This document shows, piece by piece, positions 7,539-15,282 of a stretch of DNA of 28,722 nucleotides. How positions within the stretch are numbered: position 1 is the stretch's first letter; every line of letters begins with the position of its first letter. This DNA is from a virus (Duplodnaviria > Caudoviricetes), in IMG/VR virus record IMGVR_UViG_3300020044_009235, positions 1 through 28,722 of that record; one strand, written 5' to 3'. The position numbers were made by a program, and so were the translations under genes. The notes beneath the pieces are model-generated. The model made no database searches and was not told the origin of the DNA. It saw only the letters and a program-made list of their open reading frames with translations.

Positions 7539-8773
7539 GCACACCCGCACACAGCAAATGGAGCGCCTCGGGCTTCGAGCAGAAGATGCTCTGCCCCGGC
7601 TCCCACCTCCTGCAGGCAGGCGCTCCCGACAACACCTCGGTCTACGCCGCCGAGGGCACCGCTGCGCACCGGGTGCTCACGTGGGCGCTCCAGTACAACA
7701 CGCAGGCCTCGGCCTTCATCGGGCGCTACATCGACGTGGCACCCGCCTACACGATCGAGGTCACCGCCGAGATGGCCGAGCACGTGCAGGTCTGTGTCGA
7801 CTACTTCCGGGACGCCTGCGGTGAGTGGGGCGTGATGCTGGTCGATCAGCGCGTCAACTACGCGCGCTTCCTCGGCGTGCCAGCCGATGACGCCTGGGGC
7901 ACGGCCGATGTGATCCTCCTGCTGGGCGAGGAGATCATCGTGGTCGACTTCAAGTACGGCCAGGGCGTGGCGGTTGAGGCCGCCAACAACCCGCAGATGT
8001 CGCTCTACGCGCTGGGCGCGCTGGACGGCTACAGCATGGCAGGGGACTTCCTCCGCGCACGCCTGGTGATCTCCCAGCCCCGCGTGCGCCGGGCGCCGTC
8101 CGAGTGGGACACCACGGTCGAGGCGCTGATCGAGTGGTCAGACACCCACGCGCGCAGGACTGTCGCCGACTGCATCACGGCAGCCTTCGGCGGCAACGTC
8201 GAGGAGTTCCTGAACCCCGGCGAGAAGCAGTGCAAGTTCTGCCGCGCGAAGGCCACCTGCCCGGCGCTGCGTGAGGAGGTCGCCTTCACGTTCGCGGAGC
8301 GCCAACCCGCCAGCCCTGATGAGTTCCGCAACCTGGAACCCGCGCACGAGACCGATGCGGACTGGATCTCGGCCGCGCTCGACAAGGTCGACATGATCGA
8401 GGACTGGTGCAAAGCGATCCGGGCCGAGGCCGAGAAGCGCTTGCTCGCAGGCGATGAGGTGCCCGGCTACAAGGTTGTTGCCGGAAAGCGCGGCGCCCGC
8501 CAGTGGATCGATTCTGGCGCGGTCGAAGAGTACCTGCGCAAGACCCTGCGTCTGACCATCGAGCAGGCCTACGACCTGAAGCTGATCTCCCCGACCAGCG
8601 CCGAGAAGCTGAAGAAGTCCGGCGTCATTGGCGATCGCCAGTGGACAAAGATCCAAGAGCTCATCACCCAATCCACCGGCAAGCCCCACGTGGCGCCGGT
8701 CACCGACTCCCGCCCGGCGCTCGAGATCACGCCGGTCGTCGAGGACTTTGCTGATCTCACCCTTGTTGCTTGA
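7535..8773 (+). CDS. DUF2800 Cas4-like PD-(D/E)xK exonuclease
   Basis: HSKWSASG, AAEGTAAH, GTAD, VVDFKYGQG, NPQMSLYALGA, CKFCRAKATCP. Confidence 0.9.
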   Translation: MSTPAHSKWSASGFEQKMLCPGSHLLQAGAPDNTSVYAAEGTAAHRVLTWALQYNTQASAFIGRYIDVAPAYTIEVTAEMAEHVQVCVDYFRDACGEWGVMLVDQRVNYARFLGVPADDAWGTADVILLLGEEIIVVDFKYGQGVAVEAANNPQMSLYALGALDGYSMAGDFLRARLVISQPRVRRAPSEWDTTVEALIEWSDTHARRTVADCITAAFGGNVEEFLNPGEKQCKFCRAKATCPALREEVAFTFAERQPASPDEFRNLEPAHETDADWISAALDKVDMIEDWCKAIRAEAEKRLLAGDEVPGYKVVAGKRGARQWIDSGAVEEYLRKTLRLTIEQAYDLKLISPTSAEKLKKSGVIGDRQWTKIQELITQSTGKPHVAPVTDSRPALEITPVVEDFADLTLVA

Positions 8774-8798
8774 AACCCTCAATCCTGGAGCTTGAAAC

Positions 8799-9374
8799 AT
8801 GAACGCAGCACAACAACCCCTCGGCCGCCTGATGATCCGTGACGCACGGCTCGCCTTCCCGGCCCTCTTCCAGCCCCGCACCGTGAACGGCGAGGGCAAG
8901 CCCCGCTACAGCGCAACACTGCTGCTGGACGCGAACGACCCGCAGATCGCCGCCATCCGCAAGACCATCACGCACGTCGCGAAGGAGAAGTGGAAGGACA
9001 AGGCCGGCGCCATCCTCACCGGCCTGGAGAAGGTCGGCAAGGTCGCACTCCACGACGGCGACGAGAAGGCGCAGTACGACGGCTTCTTTGGGACGATGTT
9101 CGTGGCCGCCTCCGCCCAGGAGACGGCAGCGCCCACCGTGGTCGATGTGAACCGCGCACCGCTTACCGAGCGCAGCGGCAAGCCCTACGCGGGGTGCTAC
9201 GTGAATGCGTCGGTCGAGTTCTGGGCGCAGGACAACGCCTACGGGAAAAGGATCAACGCGACGCTCCGCGGGATCCAGTTCGTGCGCGATGGCGACACCT
9301 TCGGTGCGGGCTCGCGCGCTGCGGCAGCGGATGAGTTCGATGAGATCGAAGTTGCTGTGGACGACTTTGCGTGA
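8799..9374 (+). CDS. DUF2815 single-stranded DNA-binding protein
   Basis: RLAFPALF, LHDGDEK, YAGCYVNAS, LRGIQFVRDGD and acidic tail ending in DDFA. Confidence 0.9.
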   Translation: MNAAQQPLGRLMIRDARLAFPALFQPRTVNGEGKPRYSATLLLDANDPQIAAIRKTITHVAKEKWKDKAGAILTGLEKVGKVALHDGDEKAQYDGFFGTMFVAASAQETAAPTVVDVNRAPLTERSGKPYAGCYVNASVEFWAQDNAYGKRINATLRGIQFVRDGDTFGAGSRAAAADEFDEIEVAVDDFA

Positions 9375-9916
9375 GAACTGCCGTCCGCAAAGGGCCAAGG
9401 ACGGCCCACGGATTGTGGATTGTGCACGAGGCAATTGCGTTTAAGCGCAAACGTGATCCGAGCTTTGATTGGTGCGCTCTTTTGAATCAAAGACGCGAGC
9501 TTCCATTGGCGGGGTCGTTTCGACACAACTACAGCAACATGTGTGTCATTTGTAGATGCGCGGACCGTTATTGCCGTCGTTACAAAATCAAAACAACGCG
9601 CCAATACAACGACGTGGTAGACAGAATTTGTGATCGCTACGGGTCCATGCACAACACGCGGGAAGCTGCAAAGCTCGGTTATCGAGGATCGGCACGATTG
9701 GTGTTTAGTTCAGGCAAGAAGTGTGCTCGTACAGCGCAGTTCAAACAATGGGAAGTGTTCAATCGACGAGATCGAATTCTTGAGATTCGCCGCAAAAAGG
9801 AAATTGCTCAAAGGGCGATGGCGTTTGAGTCGCTAAATGAAACAGAAGAAGAACTGCGCATCATTCGACGCGCAATCCGCACCGCTCAATCCGCACTAAG
9901 GAGTGCCATGCAATGA
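9371..9916 (+). CDS. Hypothetical basic, Cys-containing protein in an AT-richer insert
   Basis: ORF overlaps both neighbours by 4 nt; start codon uncertain. Confidence 0.55.
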   Translation: MRTAVRKGPRTAHGLWIVHEAIAFKRKRDPSFDWCALLNQRRELPLAGSFRHNYSNMCVICRCADRYCRRYKIKTTRQYNDVVDRICDRYGSMHNTREAAKLGYRGSARLVFSSGKKCARTAQFKQWEVFNRRDRILEIRRKKEIAQRAMAFESLNETEEELRIIRRAIRTAQSALRSAMQ

Positions 9917-10119
9917 GAACCAAAGACATCCGAAAAATGCTTTGCAACGCCTTGTCGAAGGCTGAGTCGGGAGAACTCCCGCTGGATGAAGCCAAAACGA
10001 TCATCGGATTGGCGAACCAGATCCAAGCAAGCCTTGCTACTGAGTGCAAAGTGGTTTCCATGAAGTTGCGCATGGGCGCGCAGGCCGACGCGATCGGCGA
10101 TCTGAACGTCACTGAGTAA
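9913..10119 (+). CDS. Hypothetical protein (68 aa)
   Basis: AAGGAG RBS; translationally coupled on both sides. Confidence 0.7.
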   Translation: MRTKDIRKMLCNALSKAESGELPLDEAKTIIGLANQIQASLATECKVVSMKLRMGAQADAIGDLNVTE

Positions 10120-11909
10120 TGACCACTATCGTCCTCGACACGGAGATCTACCGCGACTACTTCCTGGTCGCGGGCATGAACGTGGACACGGGTGCCACTT
10201 TCGAGCTCGAGCAGTTCGAGGGTCAGCCCCTGGACACAGATCGGTTGTTGCGGATCTTGCGCAAACATCGACTGGTGACGTTTAACGGGGCAGGCTTCGA
10301 CCTGCCCATCCTTTCCTACGCGATCGGCGGTGCGTCCTGTCAGCAGTTGAAGGACGCCGTCGACGCGATCATCGAAAAAAACTACCGCAACTGGCAGCTC
10401 GCGGACGCCTTTGAGATCCAGATGCTGGACGACCTGGACCACATCGACCTGATCGAGGTGGCACCCGGCAAAGCCAGCCTGAAACTTTACGGGGGCCGGC
10501 TGCACGCAGCCCGACTGCAAGATCTGCCGATCGCTCCGCACGAGTCGATCGCGCCCGAGCAGCGCACACTGCTGCGCCAGTACTGCCGGAACGACCTCAC
10601 CCTCACCGCGGAGCTCTACCGCACCCTCCTCCCGCAGATCGACCTGCGCGAGCAGATGAGCGAGCAGTACGGCACGGATCTGCGCTCCAAGTCAGACGCG
10701 CAGATCGCTGAAGCCGTGATCGTGCGCGAGGTCGAGCGTGCGCGTGGCAAGCCCGTGGAGCGCGCTGACGTGAAGGAAGGCACGATCTACCGCTACCGCA
10801 CGCCCGCGTGGCTCACGTTCACCACGGCGCCCCTGCAGGCCCTGCTGGCAGACATCGAGGCCGCCGAATTCCTGGTGATGGCAACCGGCGCGGTGCGCGA
10901 GCCCGACGCCCTGCACAACCGCTCGATCCAGATCGGCACCGGCATCTACCGGCTCGGGATCGGCGGGCTGCATTCCAGTGAAACGAACCAGGCAGTCGAG
11001 GCTGACGGCGATCACGTCCTGGTTGATCGTGACGTCGCGAGTTATTACCCCGCGATCATCCTGCGCCTGGGCCTCGCGCCCCAGCAGATGGGGCAGGAGT
11101 TCCTGCGGGTCTACCAGTCGATCGTGGACCGACGCCTGGCGGCGAAGGCAGCCGGCGACAAGGTCACGGCGGACGTGCTGAAGATCGTGGTGAACGGGAG
11201 CTTCGGCAAGCTGGGCAGCAAGTACAGCCGCCTCTACAGCCCGGACCTGCTGGTGCAGGTCACGCTCACCGGGCAGCTCGCGCTCCTCATGTTGATCGAA
11301 GCGCTCGAGGCCGAGGGCATCAGCGTCGTCAGCGCCAACACCGACGGCATCGTGATCCGCGCCCACAAGGTCGATACCGCTGCGATGGCGGCGATCGTCT
11401 CTGACTGGGAATCTCGCACGGGGTTCAGCACCGAGGAGACGGGCTACCGCGCGCTCTATTCGCGGGACGTCAACAACTACATCGCGATCAAGCCCGACGG
11501 TTCCGTAAAACTAAAAGGCGCCTACGCCACGGGCGGGCTGGCGAAAAACCCCACCACGACGATCTGCACCGAGGCCGCCGTGCGCTGGCTGCGCGACGCC
11601 ACCAGCGTCGAGGACACCATCCGGGGCTGCACGGACGTGCGGAAATTCCTGACGCTGCGCACTGTGAAGGGTGGAGCCATCGACCAGCACGGCGAGTACC
11701 TCGGCAAGGCGATCCGCTGGTACTACGCGCACGGCGTGACCGGCGCCCTGCGCTATCAGATCAATGGATACACGGTCTCGCGGAGCGACGGCGCGCGTCC
11801 CCTGATGGACCTGCCCGAGGCGCTGCCGGACGACATCCATTACGAGTGGTACATCAACGAGACGCTGCAGATCCTGCAGGACGTCGGGGGATTTGGAGGG
11901 ATTGCGTGA
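10119..11909 (+). CDS. Phage DNA polymerase, family B-like, with 3'-5' exonuclease
   Basis: Exo motifs DTEIY, FNGAGFD, YCRND; polymerase motifs DVASYYP, KIVVNGSFGK, SANTDG. Confidence 0.88.
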   Translation: MTTIVLDTEIYRDYFLVAGMNVDTGATFELEQFEGQPLDTDRLLRILRKHRLVTFNGAGFDLPILSYAIGGASCQQLKDAVDAIIEKNYRNWQLADAFEIQMLDDLDHIDLIEVAPGKASLKLYGGRLHAARLQDLPIAPHESIAPEQRTLLRQYCRNDLTLTAELYRTLLPQIDLREQMSEQYGTDLRSKSDAQIAEAVIVREVERARGKPVERADVKEGTIYRYRTPAWLTFTTAPLQALLADIEAAEFLVMATGAVREPDALHNRSIQIGTGIYRLGIGGLHSSETNQAVEADGDHVLVDRDVASYYPAIILRLGLAPQQMGQEFLRVYQSIVDRRLAAKAAGDKVTADVLKIVVNGSFGKLGSKYSRLYSPDLLVQVTLTGQLALLMLIEALEAEGISVVSANTDGIVIRAHKVDTAAMAAIVSDWESRTGFSTEETGYRALYSRDVNNYIAIKPDGSVKLKGAYATGGLAKNPTTTICTEAAVRWLRDATSVEDTIRGCTDVRKFLTLRTVKGGAIDQHGEYLGKAIRWYYAHGVTGALRYQINGYTVSRSDGARPLMDLPEALPDDIHYEWYINETLQILQDVGGFGGIA

Positions 11910-12184
11910 AGGAGTCTGAGATCGAGGCCTATCTGGTGCGCCAGGTGAAGGAGGCAGGCGGTGAGGTCCGCAAGTGCACATGGATCGGCCGGCGCGGTGC
12001 GCCTGATCGACTGGTGCTGTTGCCGGGGCGCCCTGCCACCTACGTGGAACTGAAAGCACCCGGCAAATTGCCGGGTCAGCTCCAAGTGCGCGAGCACGAC
12101 CGGCTGCGTGAGCTCGGCCAGTACGTCGTGGTGATCGACAGCACAAGAGGTGTGGATGCATTACTGATGGGAGGAAGACGATGA
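11906..12184 (+). CDS. VRR-NUC domain nuclease
   Basis: ESEIE...GAPDRLV...VELKAPG...LQ; GTG start with GGAGG RBS overlapping the polymerase stop. Confidence 0.9.
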   Translation: MKESEIEAYLVRQVKEAGGEVRKCTWIGRRGAPDRLVLLPGRPATYVELKAPGKLPGQLQVREHDRLRELGQYVVVIDSTRGVDALLMGGRR

Positions 12185-12321
12185 CGACCCCTTACATCCG
12201 CGCCATGCGCACCGTGGTCTGCCCGTACTGCCAGCGCGTGCGGTCAACCGAGAACCTCCACCAGACAAAGCCACGGATCAAGTGCAAACCGTGCTTTGAG
12301 AAAAAGCAGGGGTTCAAATGA
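12181..12321 (+). CDS. Small zinc-ribbon protein (46 aa)
   Basis: Hand translation MTTPYIRAMRTVVCPYCQRVRSTENLHQTKPRIKCKPCFEKKQGFK; GGAGG RBS; ATGA overlaps. Confidence 0.7.
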   Translation: MTTPYIRAMRTVVCPYCQRVRSTENLHQTKPRIKCKPCFEKKQGFK

Positions 12322-12491
12322 GCAACGACCTCTCCCGACAAGTCACGGCCGGCATGCGCCGGGGCACGGGCCGCGTGTTCTGCCAATACTGCAGGATCGA
12401 CAAGCCCGCAGACGAGATCGCCTGGCTGAAGCCTCGCGCCTGCTGCCTGAAGTGCCAGCACCGCGGCACCCGCCGGAGTGCTGACAGGTGA
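12318..12491 (+). CDS. Small zinc-ribbon protein (57 aa)
   Basis: Hand translation MSNDLSRQVTAGMRRGTGRVFCQYCRIDKPADEIAWLKPRACCLKCQHRGTRRSADR; 4-nt overlaps with both neighbours. Confidence 0.7.
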   Translation: MSNDLSRQVTAGMRRGTGRVFCQYCRIDKPADEIAWLKPRACCLKCQHRGTRRSADR

Positions 12492-13873
12492 CACGGCGCT
12501 ACGAGCCCCGCCCCTACGCCCAGCTCGCGATGGATCTGATGATCCGCGAGCCGCGGTGTGCGCTCTGGGCAAAGCCCGGCATGGGCAAGAGCGTGATGAC
12601 GCTCACCTTCCTCGAGCTCCTGCACAACGTGTACGGGGAGCGATCGCCGACACTGGTGCTGGCACCGCTCCGGGTCGCGCGCGACACCTGGTCGAACGAG
12701 GTCGACAAGTGGTCGCACCTGCACTGCGCGCTGGAGGTGGTGCCGATCTTGGGTTCCGATGTTGAACGCAGTCGCGCACTGCGCAAACCGGGTCAAATCT
12801 ACACCACCAACTACGAAAACTTGCCGTGGTTGAAGGACCAGTTCAAGGGGCGCCCGTGGCCCTTTGCAACGGTTGTCTGCGACGAGTCCACCAAGCTGAA
12901 ATCCTTCCGGCTCCGGCAAGGCGGCAAGCGCGCGCAGGCCTTGGCAGGCGTCGCTCACAAGGACGTCACCCGCTGGATCAATCTCACCGGCACTCCAGCC
13001 AGCAACGGCCTTGAGGATCTCTGGGGCCAGACGTGGTTTCTGGATTGCGGCCAGCGCCTGGGGCGCACGTTTAACGCATTCCGCGAGCGCTTCTTCCACC
13101 CCGTGTCAAACGGCGCATGGACCCGGTGGACGCCTCGCCCGGGCGCGCAGGAGGAAATCCAAGAGCGCCTGTCTGACATCTGCCTGACGCTGGACCCGGC
13201 CGACTGGTTCGATCTGTCGCAGCCCGTGACCAACACGATCGAGGTGATCCTGCCGGCGAAGGCGCGCACGCAGTACCGCGAACTCGAGCGCGAGCTGTTC
13301 ACCATGATCGCAGGCTCCGAGGTCGAGGCGCTGAACGCGGCGGCCAAGACTCAGAAGTGTTTGCAGCTCGCGAACGGCGCGGTCTACACCGACGGCACGG
13401 GCGCCTGGGCCGAGGCGCATACCGAGAAACTTGACGCGCTGGAAGAACTCGGCGAGGCCACGGGTGATGAGCCCCTCCTAGTCGCCTATCACTTCCAGTC
13501 GGATCGCGCGCGCCTGCTCTCGCGCTTCAGCGGTGCCATCGATCTTGCCACCCGCGAGGGTCTCGCGATGGCGCAGAGCGGGCGAGGCAAGTATTGGCTG
13601 GCACACCCGGCATCGGTCGGCCACGGCATCGACGGGCTGCAGAAGCACTGCGCGACGGTGGTGTTCTTCTCGCAGGACTGGAGCCTCGAGAACCACGACC
13701 AGTTGATCGAGCGGGTCGGCCCCATGCGTCAGATGCAGGCCGGGCTCAACCGGCCCGTGATGGTGCACTACATCGTGGCCAAGCAGACCGTGGACGAGCT
13801 CGTGATGGCCAGGCGCACGGGCAAGCGCAGCGTGCAGGACCTGCTGATGGACTACATGAAGGGAGCCCGGTGA
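12488..13873 (+). CDS. SNF2-family (SF2) helicase
   Basis: PGMGKS, VVCDESTKLK, LTGTPASNGLEDLWGQ, HPASVGHGID. Confidence 0.93.
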   Translation: MTRRYEPRPYAQLAMDLMIREPRCALWAKPGMGKSVMTLTFLELLHNVYGERSPTLVLAPLRVARDTWSNEVDKWSHLHCALEVVPILGSDVERSRALRKPGQIYTTNYENLPWLKDQFKGRPWPFATVVCDESTKLKSFRLRQGGKRAQALAGVAHKDVTRWINLTGTPASNGLEDLWGQTWFLDCGQRLGRTFNAFRERFFHPVSNGAWTRWTPRPGAQEEIQERLSDICLTLDPADWFDLSQPVTNTIEVILPAKARTQYRELERELFTMIAGSEVEALNAAAKTQKCLQLANGAVYTDGTGAWAEAHTEKLDALEELGEATGDEPLLVAYHFQSDRARLLSRFSGAIDLATREGLAMAQSGRGKYWLAHPASVGHGIDGLQKHCATVVFFSQDWSLENHDQLIERVGPMRQMQAGLNRPVMVHYIVAKQTVDELVMARRTGKRSVQDLLMDYMKGAR

Positions 13874-14145
13874 TGCAGTTCAACGGCGCCGACTACGAGG
13901 ACGCGCGCGATGCGCTTCGCCTCTCCAGCCAGTACCTCCGCGTCTTCATGCTGATGCGCGATGGGAAGCCCCGGACGCTGGATGAGATCGCCAGCATCAC
14001 GGGCGATCCGCCCGCCAGTGTCAGTGCTCAGTTGCGACACATGCGCAAGCCGCGCTTCGGCGCGCACCTGGTCGAGCGTGACCACCTCGGCCACGGGCTC
14101 TACCGCTACACCCTGATTGAAAACACCTGCCCCGATTTGGTTTAA
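13873..14145 (+). CDS. Winged-helix/HTH hypothetical protein
   Basis: MRDGKPRTLDEIASITGDPPASVSAQLRHMRK; TGATG coupling to the helicase. Confidence 0.75.
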   Translation: MQFNGADYEDARDALRLSSQYLRVFMLMRDGKPRTLDEIASITGDPPASVSAQLRHMRKPRFGAHLVERDHLGHGLYRYTLIENTCPDLV

Positions 14146-14154
14146 GGAGAACCG

Positions 14155-14436
14155 ATGAACGTCCATACCCTGCTCGAACAAGCCGCGCATCACCTGCGCC
14201 AGCGCGGACAGCAATACGACCAGCCCGAAGGCGAGCGCTCGATGGGGCGCACTGTGCGCGCTTTCAACGCCATCACCGGGCACACCTTGACGGAAGCCGA
14301 GGGCTGGCTGCTGATGGCGCTTCTCAAGATGGTGCGTGACAACCAGCGCCCTGCCCCGCACCGAGACTCCTGCGAGGATCTGGTCGCCTACGCCGCGCTC
14401 TATGGCGAGTCCCGCCTGAGCGAGGTGGTGCTGTGA
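14155..14436 (+). CDS. DUF6378-like phage protein
   Basis: RGQQYD, MALLKMVR, HRDSCEDLVAYAAL; AAGGAG RBS. Confidence 0.8.
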   Translation: MNVHTLLEQAAHHLRQRGQQYDQPEGERSMGRTVRAFNAITGHTLTEAEGWLLMALLKMVRDNQRPAPHRDSCEDLVAYAALYGESRLSEVVL

Positions 14437-14648
14437 ACAAGAAAGGACGCTTCGTTCTGCAACGCCAGGCGCGCTCCTCTCTGACATGGCGCACTGTGCT
14501 GCGCGTGGATTCAAAGGAGGCTGCATCCATGCGTTTCCTTGCGCACACCACGCAGATCAGAGCCGGCTGCAGCCTGCGGTTGATTGATGAATGGGAAGAC
14601 CTCATTCTTGCCAAACATACGGCCCCGGTACATACTGGAACAGCATGA
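14433..14648 (+). CDS. Hypothetical protein (71 aa)
   Basis: GTGA overlap with previous gene, GAGG upstream. Confidence 0.55.
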   Translation: MNKKGRFVLQRQARSSLTWRTVLRVDSKEAASMRFLAHTTQIRAGCSLRLIDEWEDLILAKHTAPVHTGTA

Positions 14649-14702
14649 AGCACATGCTGTAAGTTGATTTCCCACCGTTTTATAGCTAAGTGTTTGCCTG
14701 AC

Positions 14703-14718
14703 TGTACTATTTGCTACA
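14703..14718. promoter_or_regulatory. Operator-like site TGTACT-ATTT-GCTACA
   Basis: 15/16 identical to the reverse complement of the 6080-6095 operator. Confidence 0.7.
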
Positions 14719-14742
14719 GTCAGAATATACATTATGCGTATC
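14715..14742 (-). other. dif-like attP site for XerCD recombination
   Basis: Minus strand GATACGCATAA-TGTATA-TTCTGACTGTA versus E. coli dif GGTGCGCATAA-TGTATA-TTATGTTAAAT: XerC arm 9/11, spacer 6/6, XerD arm 4/11. Confidence 0.85.
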
Positions 14743-14753
14743 AAAACGGTACA

Positions 14754-14812
14754 GTTGACTATCGCAGGTGCTAAATGCAATGTAGCAAGCACCAGCCACC
14801 TGCGAGGTCAAC
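14754..14812 (+). promoter_or_regulatory. Leader hairpin covering the RBS of the DUF3653 gene
   Basis: GTTGACTATCGCAGGTG (14754-14770) pairs with CACCTGCGAGGTCAAC (14797-14812), which contains GAGGT. Confidence 0.6.
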
Positions 14813-14814
14813 CT

Positions 14815-15276
14815 ATGCGCACCGTGAGAAAACAGCCAGTTAAGCAGTGGAAATGGATCGGTCCCCAACCGGTCCTTGAAGCAAACCGAAAGGCATGTAG
14901 CGATCTGAATGCCCTTATCGATCGTGAGGGATTGGTTTTGGTACAGCGTTTCCTGAATGTGACCGAGAAAACGCTCTGGCGCTGGTGCACCGGGCGAAAC
15001 CACATCCCCGGTCACCAGCACGTCGCGATCCAGTGCTATCTGGGCGAACTGCCCGGAACCGACGGCCAGTGGTCGGGCTGGTTTTTCAAAAAGGGGTTTC
15101 TCTGGAGCCCGGAGAATGTGAGCTTTACGGCCGGCCAGTTGCGCGCGGCACTCTACGACACCGACCGCATCACCGCGCTGACCCGCCAGGTCGAGGCGCT
15201 TCGGGTGAAGCTTGCCATCGCCGAGACCGCGCTCGATCGCTTCGCGCCCGCGGCCAATGACCGCAAGCGCGCATGA
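14815..15276 (+). CDS. HTH + DUF3653 protein, XafT-like Xer recombination activation factor candidate
   Basis: HTH VQRFLNVTEKTLWRWCTG followed by QWSGWFFKKGFLWSPENVSFTAGQL (DUF3653-like) and a coiled coil; adjacent to the dif-like site; GAGGT RBS. Confidence 0.75.
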   Translation: MRTVRKQPVKQWKWIGPQPVLEANRKACSDLNALIDREGLVLVQRFLNVTEKTLWRWCTGRNHIPGHQHVAIQCYLGELPGTDGQWSGWFFKKGFLWSPENVSFTAGQLRAALYDTDRITALTRQVEALRVKLAIAETALDRFAPAANDRKRA

Positions 15277-15282
15277 GCCCGA

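Noticed and set aside
7535-8773. CRISPR-Cas system suggested by the Cas4-like nuclease
   Set aside because: Stand-alone DUF2800 gene in a standard phage replication module; no array or other cas genes
14640-14672. Hairpin ACAGCATG-AAGCA-CATGCTGT as a terminator
   Set aside because: Stem is present but lacks an adjacent U tract; too weak to call
14715-14742. Host chromosomal dif marking a prophage boundary
   Set aside because: XerD arm is too degenerate for a chromosomal dif and phage genes lie on both sides
14670-14760. CTX-type folded single-strand attP with two inverted dif copies
   Set aside because: Only short inverted repeats (ACCGTTTT/AAAACGGT, ACTGTAC/GTACAGT) flank the site; no second XerC arm seen
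14734-14814. Longer start for the DUF3653 ORF at ATG 14734
   Set aside because: That ATG is part of the XerC arm and has no RBS; ATG 14815 has GAGGT at good spacing
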